Origin: Octopus sinensis
Lineage: Eukaryota
Length of the DNA: 64,000 nt
NCBI RefSeq assembly: GCF_006345805.1
Contig: NC_043002.1
Coordinates: 51,212,001 to 51,276,000 of the forward strand
Direction: 5' to 3'
The position numbers and the translations under genes are program-made. The notes beneath the pieces are model-generated. The model had not been told where the DNA came from. It searched no databases and saw only the letters and a list, made by a program, of their open reading frames with translations. Within the stretch, counting starts at the first letter, position 1. The number at the start of each line of letters is the position of its first letter. Positions 14,176 to 26,622 of this stretch are shown here, in pieces.

Positions 14176-14461
14176 CCCTGTACACTTCTCTCTCTCCCAC
14201 TTTCGTTTTCTCTCTCTTCCTTTCTCTAATTCGGTTTTCTCCCCTTCAACGTTTTCTGTCTGACTCTCTCTAGCTCTATCTTTCTCCTTTACACTTTCTC
14301 GTTGCTCACACGTGACCATCGTCCATATTTCTTTTCTTCACGTGATCATCTTTCTTTTCTTCAGTCTGTTTTACAGACCAGATGCATTCTTGTCTGTCTC
14401 CTCTTTTATCTTTTCTCTTGTCAAAGACAATATTCCATTCCTCCAGTGTTCGCTACCTTAC

Positions 14462-14790
14462 CTCGTCTGACCTAACGGCCCTCCATGTTTGTTTTCGTTT
14501 GGTTTGTTGTATGTCTCCACTGTCCTGTATTTATTACCAACTTTAACCGTCCGCAAATCCCAAATTTCAATTTCGTTCGTGGGAGCAACTGCCTTTTCGA
14601 AGCCTCGCATTGTCGTTAATTGCTCGAAATGATGAGCAGTTGGACAGCCGACAACTGACGATGGGTCGTTTTTTAAGTTAACTTGTCTTGTTTTCCATTT
14701 GTTTCTCTCGCTGTTCGCATACAAAAGTTTGTCTTCGTATTTCCATTTTCCTGGAACCTCATCTCCACCCCAAAACAAAAACAAAAACAA
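14462..14790 (-). other. Candidate upstream (first/UTR) exon
   Basis: Non-repetitive, CpG-containing segment with a 110-codon open frame ending at a strong donor ACGAG|gtaagg; (CT)n tract upstream at 14970-15035. Confidence 0.2.
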
Positions 14791-15011
14791 AAAACATGTT
14801 TTATATCAATAAACAACCTGTTTGTACATTCACATAAAACTTTTTTATTTGACAAGTTCGAAAAACGAACGAAAGCGCAAATAATGACTAAATAAAAACA
14901 TTCCCGAAATTCTGGCGACCTCCTCTTTCCTCAATATTCAATATCCGTATACCACTTCTAATACACACACACACTCTCTCCCTTTCTCTCTCTCTCTCTC
15001 ACTCTCTCTCA

Positions 15012-15075
<64 letters not shown>

Positions 15076-15077
<2 letters not shown>

Positions 15078-15230
15078 CAGATGTGCACTGGTGCACCCAC
15101 TTCTTCAGAGCTGCTGTATCTTCGTCTCTGCCATTAAATCATTTTCTCCGAAGACTGTCCTTCATTGGCCTGAGCAGGTGCAAATTTGAGGAAACAGATG
15201 CAAGTAGTACGGTGGATTGGAGAACCACTG
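15076..15230 (-). mobile_element. mariner transposase C-terminal remnant
   Basis: Minus strand reads as decayed HPPYSPDLA.SDFHL..PMKDSLR.K.F (..LHLLRPMKDSLRRK*F..KKW). Confidence 0.5.
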
Positions 15231-15410
15231 ACCAGTCTAATTTACTAATTGTATGATTTGTTTCCAAAAGTAGCTATGTGTACAAGGTTGAGGGAGAAAA
15301 AATCGTACGATATAGTACGTTTACGGGTAACGTTTATTGAGTATGTATACAAAAGCTTCTAATATCAACTAGCAATTTTAAGGGGTTGCACCGTGCTGTG
15401 CCTATATAAT

Positions 15411-15446
<36 letters not shown>

Positions 15447-15464
15447 ATAGTAGTAGTAGTAGTC

Positions 15465-15500
<36 letters not shown>

Positions 15501-15531
15501 TAGTAGTAGTAGTAACAAACTATGCTGGATC

Positions 15532-15570
<39 letters not shown>

Positions 15571-15572
<2 letters not shown>

Positions 15573-15885
15573 CATGCCCAGCTGACGACAAGGTATGCGA
15601 TAAGGAACAATGAAAGTTGAGAGATATAACAGGTTAGCTTGGGAAGTTAAGCAGCTGTAGTCAATGAAAACGGGAGCAGTAGCACCAATAATTACCGGAG
15701 CCCTGGGAGCAGTGAGTAATAATGTCGAGAAGTACGTGGAACAAATAGGGGCTGCAATAAGGGTGAAACACTTGCAGAAAACAGCACTGCTTGGAACCGC
15801 TCGAATATGAGGTGTTACCTTAGTTCGCTGGTAGCGAACAGCTGGCACTGTAGTACATCTCCAGCGTTAGAAGCTGTGCAAAAGC

Positions 15886-15971
<86 letters not shown>

Positions 15972-16005
15972 TGATGATGATGATGATGATAATAATATTA
16001 ATAAT
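15571..16005 (+). mobile_element. 3' end of R4/Dong-like REL LINE (family B) with (AAT)n tail
   Basis: IACPADDKV..KVERYNRLAWEVKQL..PIITGALGAV..HLQKTALLGTARI; short 3' UTR; (AAT)n from 15887. Confidence 0.8.
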
Positions 16006-16081
16006 AAATATTCTGCTCAATACCACAGATTTGCTTATCAGTTGTTTGACCTTAACCAGTTGAGCATGTCCCTTAGTGGCT

Positions 16082-16181
16082 NNNNNNNNNNNNNNNNNNN
16101 NNNNNNNNNNNNNNNNNNNNNNNNNNNNNNNNNNNNNNNNNNNNNNNNNNNNNNNNNNNNNNNNNNNNNNNNNNNNNNNNN
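16082..16181. other. Assembly gap (100 N)
   Basis: Run of N. Confidence 1.
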
Positions 16182-16674
16182 CGAAATCAATCAAATATTT
16201 GGAGAGAGATCAAGGAACAGTCGATATAAAACGGAGGAAATTTTCTCAGGAGGATAAGATTCATGCTGGAGATATATCAGTAGTGAGAAAAAATGTCTGA
16301 CCAAGTTGCAATAAGGTTAGAAAAAATCCTAATGAAGTATTATACCTGAATTACATAATACAAATACATAATAAAAATGGAAATTACATAGCAAAAATGT
16401 GAATTACATAACAATAATGGAAATATCTTTTACAATGTAATAGAAAAACATCGGCTTGGGAAGGCTTCATAAGCGGGAGTGACAGTCGGCTACAAGTTCA
16501 AAAAGCATCCTTTTATTTTTAAAATCTTATCAATCTCTATCAGCAAGCTTCGGTGGCCATATCAGTATTTCAAACTACGTAGCATTGTTACAAACAAATA
16601 TGATACATACCACCATAAATACATACATACATACATACATACATACATACATACATAACATACATACATACATA

Positions 16675-17115
16675 AAGCTGCAGATCAGACAACAAGAATA
16701 CCTACTCTGAAGTATTGAGAAATCTGCAGTAACTCTATCAGGTTTATACCTGTAATTATTGGGGTATTACCAAACTTGAGAAATTAGGCTTCTCACAAAA
16801 CAAGGAAGGAGAAAGCTGATTCGAAGACTACAGATCCAATCCAGTAATGGAGCTGTAAAAATCTGCAAAGCTTTCCAGAAATTTATCACTTAAGTATATA
16901 TGAGTATGTCTAGATATGCAAATATATGCATGAGAATACACACATAAAACAAAACCTACAAATCTGCACGTATTTATACATACATACAAAAATACCCTGT
17001 TGATGTTGAAATTCCAATGAAGGAGCCTGGAATTTAGGTTAGAAACCTGCTCTTCGTCTATTGGCAAGAAATCTTTTAAAAAAACAAAAAACAACAACTG
17101 AATAATGACATGCAT
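16675..17115 (+). mobile_element. 3' fragment of R4-like LINE (family A) between (CATA)n tracts
   Basis: Clear match to 24110-24560 (RRKLIRRLQIQS..KICK..; same 3' UTR). Confidence 0.85.
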
Positions 17116-17734
17116 ACATTCATACATACATACATACATACATACATACATACATACATACAAGTGCTTCTTAGGATTCAAAGAATGATGAACAAAACAA
17201 AATACATTACTTCGCAGATAGATAGATACGTACATACATATATACATACATACATGTGTACATATTATGTCGATAAATAAATATGATAAATACGCACTAT
17301 ATCAATATTTTCGTAGAGAGAGAAAATGCTTTTCTTTTCGCCAAGAAATATTTATTTTGTTTCAGAGTATTTACCGTAAATTTAGGACTTCCATAATCCC
17401 TGTAACATTTTATAACGACACATTTCTTTGCTGAATTTAGCATTAAGAGAACCTGTTACCAATTGTGCAGTAAATTATCGTACTATAAATATACACCTAT
17501 TATCCTCACTCGCTGCCCATCAGCAAAAATGTCAAAAAGTAGCTCATCACCATAGCGAAGACTATATGACGACGGTGTTGGAGGATGGGGGTTGGAAGGC
17601 TTAAGATTAATTCGTTGAGAAATATGGGATCCATTCTGAATGTTTCAAATAAGTTAATGTGATTAGAAAGTTGAGATCCTTGCTATATATTTCCTTCAAA
17701 ACTGGTCTTCAGTTTCTACAAGAGATAAATCAAG

Positions 17735-17892
17735 GCGCATGCGTAGCTGTATGGTAAGAAGTTTCACTCCCAGACACAAGAGCCCGAGTTCAGTCCCGTG
17801 GAATATTGGGTAAGTGGCTTTTGTTGTAGCCTCGGACCGACGAAGGTCTGTTGAGTAAATTTGTTACACGGAAACTGAAAGAAGCCCGTCCT
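17735..17892 (+). mobile_element. Head module of the bipartite SINE
   Basis: gagttcagtcccgtgg..gggtaagtggct..tagcctcggaccgac..acggaaactgaaagaagcccgtc, followed by (TA)n. Confidence 0.75.
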
Positions 17893-17904
17893 ATGTATAT
17901 ATAT

Positions 17905-18110
17905 ATATTATATATATCACGTGATCACATGACCGACCAGACCATCAGATGTTGTTACACATCGCTGGTCACAATGCGTTCGCATTGTTTTAGCCTTCGA
18001 ATGACGCCACCCCGTTGGCTAAGCGAGCAGGCCAACAGAAGAAAGAGTGGGAGAAAGAGTGGTGAAAGAGTACAGTAGGGATCACCACCCCCTGCCGGAG
18101 TCTCGTGGAG

Positions 18111-18115
<5 letters not shown>
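17905..18115 (-). mobile_element. 5'-truncated SINE (51953-type body, ggctaaaacaatgc tail)
   Basis: Reverse complement shares aaagctccacgag..ccggcagggggtggtg with 52060-52095; tail matches 19065-19187. Confidence 0.8.
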
Positions 18116-18144
<29 letters not shown>

Positions 18145-18145
<1 letters not shown>

Positions 18146-18510
18146 CTACGGCACTCCGTCGGTTACGGCGACGAGGGTTCCAGTTGATCCAATCATGAAA
18201 TTAACGTGCAAGTGGCTGAGCACTCAACAGATACGTGTACCCTTGACGGAGTTCTCGGGAAGACTCAGCGTGACACAGAGTGTGACAAGGCTGGTCCTTC
18301 GAAATTCAAGTACGACAGAAACAAGAAGAAAGAGTGAGAGAATGTTGTGCTGAATGAGTACAGCAGGATTCGCCACCAACCACTGTCAGAGCTTCGTGTA
18401 GCTTTAAGTGTTTTCGTTCAATAAACACTCACAACGCCCGGTCTGGGAATCGAAACCACGATCCTACGACTTCGAGTCCGCTGCCCTAACCATTAGGCCA
18501 TTGCGCTTCC
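18145..18510 (-). mobile_element. Full-length tRNA SINE (51953-type head, 33071-type tail)
   Basis: Head ggaagcgcaatggcctaatggttagggcagcggactcg..gtttcgattcccagaccgggcgttg; tail ..caactggaaccctcgtcgccgtaaccgacggagtgcc. Confidence 0.85.
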
Positions 18511-18580
18511 ACACACACACACACACACACACACACCACACACACACACACACACACACGTATATCACATATATATATAT

Positions 18581-18611
<31 letters not shown>

Positions 18612-18783
18612 ATGCAAATGTAAGATCCAATGATCCAAGTGTAGGAAGTTAGTGAGCGTCGTGCAGTCCGTGAAAGATTAATAAAAACAACTTTCAGGAA
18701 CAATAGTAGTTTAGCGGCGTAGAGACTTCCATAGACGCTCTATCTCCACAACTTACAAAGCCTTCGATTTTGTTTACAAATAT

Positions 18784-18834
<51 letters not shown>

Positions 18835-19013
18835 GGTGGTCATTCCCGTCGATTTAGACATATGAGTGTTTGAAGAAGTGGCATTTTCAAAAAAGGGATA
18901 AAGAAAAGACATTTTTTAAATAAAAGAAGTCTATGTGCGGTGAATATATGAATATAATTTGAGGTCAGTTATGGATTTTGGTGTATATGTATATGTACAT
19001 GTATGTGTGTGTG

Positions 19014-19064
<51 letters not shown>

Positions 19065-19067
<3 letters not shown>

Positions 19068-19186
19068 CCTGCTCGCTTAGCCAGCGAGGTGGCGTCATTT
19101 GAAGGCTAAAACAATACGAAGCGCATTATGACCATCGATGTGTAGCAACATCTGATAGCCTTGGTCGGTCACGGTGGTTACGGTGA

Positions 19187-19187
<1 letters not shown>
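19065..19187 (+). mobile_element. SINE 3' tail fragment, inverted relative to 17905-18030
   Basis: ttggcctgctcgcttagcc..gaaggctaaaacaat..acatctgatagcc. Confidence 0.8.
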
Positions 19188-19226
<39 letters not shown>

Positions 19227-19304
19227 TGTATGTATATATGTACGTATATATGTATGAATATAAGTATGTTTATGTGTATGTTTATATATGTGTGTATGCA
19301 TTTG

Positions 19305-19500
19305 TGTTTGTGTTTGTCCTCCACCGATTCTTGACAACCAATGCCAGTTTGTCTATGTCCCCGTAAAATAGACTAAGTACCAGGTTTTAACAACAAAATA
19401 ATCACTGGAGTCAGTTTGTCTGAGTAAACCCCTCAGGGAGGAGCCCCAGTATGGCCGCAGTCCAATTACTGGAAGAATTAAAATATAAAAGATAAGGTGC
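19305..19500 (+). mobile_element. Tail module of the bipartite SINE
   Basis: tgtttgtcctccacc..ttgacaacc..gtccccgtaa..ccagtatggccgcagtc. Confidence 0.7.
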
Positions 19501-19855
19501 AATGTCAAAATTGAGAATACATTGATATTGAGCCCCTCCATACAGACTTATCCTCATACTTGTATACAGATACGATCACTTATTAAAATATACATACGCA
19601 CACCGACATACCAATATACATGTACATACGCGTCCGCAAATAAGCACAGAATGGGAAATTTTATATTTTTATTAGCATCCTTTTGATTGCTCAAACAGAT
19701 TTTGGCTTTCTACAGAAGAAAATCTACATTCTATTTACTTATTTCGTTCTAATATTGATAGGATGTATAAACCAATCGCAGAATCTATTTTATACACACA
19801 CACACACACACACATATATGTATGTATGCGTTTATGTGTATGTCTATCTCTCTAC

Positions 19856-19953
<98 letters not shown>

Positions 19954-20140
19954 ATATCATATTCTAACAACAATAAAATTGCAATTACCTATACGTATTT
20001 CGATCTTAATTGATTTTATCTGTGTAATGTTGATTTTTAATCTTAAATTTATTCATTTAAAGGAAGCTTGTTGTGTATAATAAAATTTAATAATACAATT
20101 AATTTTATTATAACCATCTTTACCATTATCTTTATCATCG

Positions 20141-20171
<31 letters not shown>

Positions 20172-20359
20172 AAACACCACTGCCACCACCATTACATTTT
20201 CAGCCTGATTCTCTGTAGTTCTAAGGTCTGTGCGGTATCGTCTTTCGGTGATGCAGTGTCTTTTTTTTATCTATATTATATCAAATTAACCGTTTTGTGA
20301 AATTTGTTTTCTCGTTGCTGGTAGTATTGTATAGCTTTTTATTTGCTTTGTTTCGTTTT

Positions 20360-20500
20360 TAGACAAAATTAACTCTCATCAAGCAAATCTATAATCAAAG
20401 ATATTCTACCCGCAATCATCCTGCCTTTTTCCCTAGGTGTGGTAAACCTAGAACCACATTATCCATCCTACTCTGATGATTCCTACGTCTTTCTTCAGCT
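20360..20500 (-). mobile_element. Old LINE/SINE 3'-tail remnant (related remnants at 46240-46320 and 47042-47110)
   Basis: Loose match among caatcatcctgcc, ggtcacggctggaa and ccagccatgagcatcccg segments with (CAA)n-like ends. Confidence 0.4.
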
Positions 20501-21998
20501 TGTTTGTTCAACTTCCTAACAAGGTAAAACTGTAGAAATTAATGTCCTTCACCTGAAAAAGGAATCCTTTCTGAGTGATGATGATGCCTCCTTTATGAAA
20601 AATATTTGTTACAAGTTATGTCATTTAAAATATACTGTTTCAGTCTCGAATAGTTTTAAGGATATCCTTAGACAGACAGTTTTTCTGCAGTTTTAAAAGC
20701 TTTCTTAAGAGATATGATAAATTTTTGTTATCATTTTCGGATAGTTTCAAGTGCTTGACTAGCATATTCCAGGTTTTCTGTTCTTTATATTCCTGTTCTA
20801 GCTAGGATGCATAGCTTTTTGTTTCTCTTTCCACAACGTTTGAAATAAATGGAAACAATGATATCAAACGCATAACCTTACGTTGAAGCGTAGATTACAG
20901 AACCCTTAGTCCATTATTTTAATGTAAACGGTACTATTCTTTAGTGAGCTTGTTTTATCTACTTCTTCTAAGGTTCTATTGCCATTAAAACTCAGATTAT
21001 TGCTGACAACAGTTTGCTAAATTTATTCAATATTCTTCAGTTTGATGCCTCATTTTGTTTTTTCCTCCCCATAACTCTCTTGAAGCAATCCCTTTTCTTG
21101 AAGTGTATGTTGTTATTTTTCTGGTAATAACTGCTGTCAGTAGTTCGCTTCACGTGTTTGTTCCACGTTGTCAAGCTTGAGGCATTTAGTATCTTGTTTG
21201 AAAAGTTTTATTAAATGATCCGTTGTATACAACAGATGTATAAGATTAAAATAGCTATCTGGACTAATACCGGTGTTAATTTGCTTTTCGTGATGTATTT
21301 ACATTAACTATGACACACAGATGGCTATTTCAATCTAATACTACTGTTGCATATACCGAATTTTATTCATTAACTATTTTTTCATATCGGTGAGAATAGA
21401 AATCGGTTTAGCATGCAGCTGCCTGTGAGTGCATGCTACGGACAACACCCAGTGAGGCAAGAGTACGCATCTAGCATTCTCAACATCTGCTGCTAGGACG
21501 ATTTTCGTCTCCTCCTGATATACATTGTGTTTTAAACACTGCACGTCCATAAGGAATATTATCTCCGGACGAATACCGCTTTAAAGTTACATTCTCATTA
21601 AGTATCATACACAGATGGCCATCAAAATAATCATTTGACTGTAGACCACGGTTCTAAGAATGTTAAATGATACGGGGAAAAATTAGTGATAGAGGAATAA
21701 GCTGATTTTCAAATATCTTAAACTGTATTTCACTCACAAGTAATACTTTTCATGCAACTGATTTTTGGTGAATGGTATACTGTATTTACAATATATATGA
21801 AATGTGTAAGCGTTTATTTAATAAAAGGGGAAAAGTATATAAAAGAAAATCTGTCTTGTACTAAGTAAAATGTGAGTAAATGTAAAAAAAAAGCCCAAAT
21901 AATAAATGCGTATAAAAATTCCGAGTGTATAAATAAATTATACTGTTGAAGGTGGTAGTATATAAACTCAAATCAACACTTATACATATGTATATATC

Positions 21999-22074
<76 letters not shown>

Positions 22075-22592
22075 CATATATATATAATATATATATATAT
22101 ATATACATATATATGTATATATGAGTTATATATATATATATATGTGTTGTGTGTGTATACGCATAGTATATAAGCCTATATATACACACACATATATACA
22201 TAGTCATACAGGCATACAGATAGACAAACAGACAGATAGATAGATAAATAGATAGATACTGGACGTCAGACAGAATGAGAGGTACACACATACACTCACG
22301 CATACACACTCACGTACACACACACAGAGTCACTTGCTTCGGTGGTATTTGAATATTTCGTGTGATGACAATGACCATTGTTTGAGTATCTCATTACACT
22401 AATATATCAATGTATCAGTATATATTATTTCTAATCTATGTGTTTTCTACACAACACTATCTCTCTGTTATAATTCCAACGACGAAGATCTACAGCAGTG
22501 ACTGAATTGCGAGAACGTATACACACACACAAACGCACACATATATATATATATATATACTTTATTTAAAGCAGCAGAAAATTCAACAAAAC

Positions 22593-22630
22593 CTGTTACT
22601 CTGAGTTTCACGTTGCCGTTCGTCGGACAG
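22593..22630 (-). ncRNA. Type I hammerhead ribozyme fold, family 2, opposite-strand copy
   Basis: ctgt CCGACGA acg-GCAA-cgt GAAA ct-cag-agt A acag; stem II fully paired. Confidence 0.75.
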
Positions 22631-22640
22631 TTTTTTCTAG

Positions 22641-22690
22641 CAAAATCTGTCCGACGAACGGCAACGAGAAACTCAGAGTAACAGGTTTTG
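22641..22690 (+). ncRNA. Type I hammerhead ribozyme fold, family 2 (U4C core)
   Basis: Stem I caaaatctgt/acaggttttg (10 bp); core CCGACGA 22651-57; stem II acg-GCAA-cga (outer pair mismatched); GAAA 22668-71; stem III ACU-cag-AGU; GUA cleavage after 22680. Confidence 0.7.
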
Positions 22691-22786
22691 TTGAATTTTC
22701 TGCTGCTTTAAATAAATCATATTACTCTACCACTGGTATTTGAGTACTCTTTTTTCCACCTTGTTTCACATTTATGTGTTTACTCC

Positions 22787-22832
<46 letters not shown>

Positions 22833-23049
22833 CACCAAGTAAGTTAGGGGTTGTGGATCCAACCCACTAAGGGATAATGCTTATCCAATATACTGTTGGT
22901 ATAATACCTAAATTATTAATACACAAGTGTTTTTAATTGCAATGTAATAAACTTACATATTGTATTAGATGGGTAAAGGTAAATAAATGTTTTACCATTA
23001 ATTTATAAGAAAATTTGTAATATATATATATTATATTTGGTGTGTGTAT

Positions 23050-23106
<57 letters not shown>

Positions 23107-23107
<1 letters not shown>

Positions 23108-23249
23108 AATATGTGAGAGAATCCACTATGTGGACGCTCTTACGCTAAAAATAGATCCGCAATGGTCTCAACCACTAAGAATTGTTCTCAAGAAAAATTA
23201 GCTATTTTTAGCGTAAGAGCGTCCACATAGTGGATTCTCTCTCATATTT
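23107..23249. repeat. Fold-back: 48-bp inverted repeat with 47-nt loop
   Basis: aaatatgtgagagaatccactatgtggacgctcttacgctaaaaatag and its reverse complement, 1 mismatch. Confidence 0.95.
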
Positions 23250-23351
23250 GAGTATTAATATTTACTGAATCTCAGTTTTTTATGCGCTAAACCACTTGGT
23301 CTTAAATTGATGTTACTAAATTAATATCCAATTTTTTCACCCTTATTTTGA

Positions 23352-23399
<48 letters not shown>

Positions 23400-23430
23400 G
23401 GGGGGGAGACAGGCAGACAGACAGACAGAC

Positions 23431-24560
23431 ATGCGTACATGTGATAACATACGACTTGGAAATTCCTTGAGCAGCATTCATCGTCTGTTAACCTTAAATG
23501 CATGCCCAAAGAAGTTGCATGACAGTACCGCAATGTATCATCAGATGAAAGGATGAGCAGATATCTGCAGAAGACCATGCATGGGTATGTTAGTAGAAAG
23601 CTCCGTGATGAAAGTAAACATTGATCATCAAATTAGTCTCTCAGGGACCAACAACCGGATTACTACTTCTCATTTTGGAGGGTACGCGTTTGCAATCCAG
23701 GAGCAGGAAATATCAACCAAATACCTGATACACAAAGGGATAGAGATGCAGGAAAAGCAGTAAAATATAACAAATATTGAAGACTTTGTGGAGTTAACAC
23801 CGAAGATATCATTCATGTCATAAGCAGTTGCCCTAAAATGTCATCACGGTATTATCTACCTATGAGACGTAATGTTGTACTTGGGACACTATATAACGAA
23901 ATCCGTCGGTAGGATAACCCCGAGGACAAAGAAATAAGCACCCACATTATGATAGAAGCTTTAGGCACTCATAATACAAAGGAATACTGGTGGAATACCC
24001 CAGTGAAAACCTCAATAAAATGCAAGCAAAAACGGACCTGACATAATGATTTGGGATAGGGAAGAGAAACTGTGTATGGCTGTGGAAGTAAGTGCCCAGC
24101 GGATGTCAACAAAAAGCTGAAGATCAGTGAAAACGATGATACATACTCTGAACTATTCAGAAATCTACAGTTACTCTATCCAGATTACAAGTTCAGGTTT
24201 ATTCCTGTAATTATTGGGAAGCTGGAATATATAACACACTGCCTAAATACCAATCTTCAGAAATTAGGCTTCTCAAAACCAGAAAGGAGAAAGCTGATCT
24301 GAAGACTACAGATCCAACCCATCACTGGAACTATAAAAATTTGTAAAACTTTTTTATCATTTAAGTATATATGAGCATGTCTAGATATGCAAATATATGC
24401 ACGAGAATACATACATAAAACAGAACATACAATTCTGCACGTATACATGCAAAAATACCCTATTGTTGATATTGGAATTCCAGAACAGGAGCGTTGGGTC
24501 TAGGTTAGAAACCGACTCTTTCTCTATTGGCAAGAAGTCTTACAATAAAACTGAATAATG
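23431..24560 (+). mobile_element. 5'-truncated R4-like REL LINE (family A) with (CATA)n 3' flank
   Basis: GYAFAIQEQEISTKY; knuckle (C)RLCGVNTEDIIHVISSCP; EYWWN..K..RPDIMIWD..EVSCPAD..K..Y; stop ~24374; 3' UTR to 24560. Confidence 0.85.
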
Positions 24561-24934
24561 ACATACATACACGCACGCACGCATGCACACAGACACACAT
24601 ACATACATACATACATACATACATACATACATACATACATACATACATACATCTATATACATACATGCTTATATACATGAATACATACATGCAAATAATA
24701 GAGAATGGGATTCTTTATTTAAGAATCACTACAATTATTTCGGCATATTTTTACACCTGTAGTACATTGGTGGTATGCGTTATCATTATTATCCATCCAA
24801 GATGTAAAACGCAACTCCTCAGATAATTCTTTATATAAGTCCTTCGTTAGAACCTGAGTCATTTCACTCAGTGAGAGAATGCATACTGAAAGTGATGTAT
24901 AATTTTCAGCAGTTTACAGACAAAACTAAACCTA

Positions 24935-25720
24935 TAGGGTGTTCGGTCTAAATTTGGCGATTTTTTATGTCTCATTCTTGTGGAATAGCTTGATGTATTT
25001 ATGAACAGCCAACGGTGTTGCAGAGCATAAACGTTCGATTTGTAGTTGGAAAAAAGTTGTTAGGTGACATAGAGGACAGGAGCTCATCTGAGTATTGGAA
25101 AAGAGTTACCTGTATAATGAAGATTCGCGCAGAGTATCAAAACTCTGACATCATGACTGCTGCTCAATACTTTGTAAACACTGTAAAAGCTGTAAGACGT
25201 GACATGCATATCATGAAAGCCAAGTTCCTCCAAAATGTGATGGTCTTTGGGTGTGTCCCTAATGATGGTGACGTCATACCGATCCACCTCATTGAACAGG
25301 AGCGTAGGCTCAATTCAGACGTCTAAGTGAAAGTGGTAGAGTTTGTGATGAATTCCTGATTGGAGAGGGTTCCTGCTAGAAGTCTATATATGTGGCAGCA
25401 GGATTCTGCACCTTGCCATAGCTCCAGAAATTCACGAACCCCAATTTCTAGCCTCCTTCCCGATTATAATCCTATGGATTACTATTTTTCAGGGCGCATT
25501 TGAGAAGGATACCAACCATTCTGCATGCAAAACCAAAGCCGAGCTGGTGGCAATGTCAAGATATCAAGGAGGTGATCAAAGATCTTCTCCTGGGACACAG
25601 TGAGAAGCGATTGTACCAGTTTCTGGGGTCGTCTTTAGACCGTGATGGGAGCTAAGTGAAGTTACTTTGAATAAACTGTTATCTCGCAGTCATAATCAAG
25701 TTAATATTACTTGATGAAAA
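24935..25720 (+). mobile_element. Deleted Tc1/mariner DD37D (maT-like) transposon
   Basis: MKAKFLQNVMVFGCVPNDGDV..; WQQDSAPCHSS; PDYNPMDYY; 5' end TAGGGTG resembling a TIR. Confidence 0.75.
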
Positions 25721-25992
25721 AAAATTATTTTTATTTTTGACTAAGTGTATATATATATATATATATATATAATTAATCAATATAGGGTGGCAAAAATTTT
25801 GTAGAATTTTTTTGCCACCAGCGGCCTAGTGGGAAAAAATTAAATAGTCATAGACCATTTTTAAGTTCAAATCACAATCAAGGAACGGCCATAATAGGCC
25901 ATTCACCCACTAGAATAACAGCCAAAGCTTCAACCCACAAATAACATCAATTCCGTAAACCAGGAGAAAATTAAAAAACATTTACCCTGTAA

Positions 25993-26098
25993 TTTCTTAT
26001 ACGATGCAACCGTTTCATCTACTGTTTAATGGTAAACTAACCTGATTAAATTAAATCAAGCCAATCTTCCATAGGCCCTTAGAATCATCAGTAAGAAA
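25993..26098 (-). ncRNA. Type I hammerhead fold, family 1, expanded stem II
   Basis: tttctta CUGAUGA [~69 nt] GAAA cgg-ttgca-tcgu A taagaaa; predicted cut between 26000 and 25999. Confidence 0.75.
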
Positions 26099-26622
26099 TA
26101 GCCAAGTCGGAACAGATATTTTCACGAGGCATTTCCGTCCCTGCCTCGGCAATATCTGACCTAAAATTTTCAAATCATCGCACTCGCGCCAAATTTATCG
26201 CAGCAAATAATATAAGCCGCCGATTCCATTACGGAATAAACCAGAAAATTCAATTAATCAATATAGGGTGGCAAAAATTTTGTAGAATTTTTTTGCCACC
26301 GCGGCTAGTGGGAAAAAATTAAATAGTCATAGACCATTTTTAAGTTCAACATCTCAATCAAGGAACGGCCATAATAGGCCATTCACCCACTAGAAATAAC
26401 AGCCAAAGCTTCAACCGCAAAATAACATCAATTTACAAAATTTTTGGCCACCCTATATTGATAATTATGAATTTTCTGGTTAATTCCGTAATGGAATCGG
26501 CGGCTTATATTTATTTGCTGCCGATAAATTTGGCGCGAGTGCGATGATTTGAAAATTTTAGGTCAGATATTGCCGAGGCAGGGACGGAAATGCCTCGTGA
26601 AAATATCTGTTCCGACTTGGCT

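Larger units (their letters stand above)
22561..22716. repeat. Near-perfect 156-bp palindrome (two inverted Penelope pLTR-like ends)
   Basis: 22561-22635 is the reverse complement of 22642-22716 with 2 mismatches. Confidence 0.95.
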
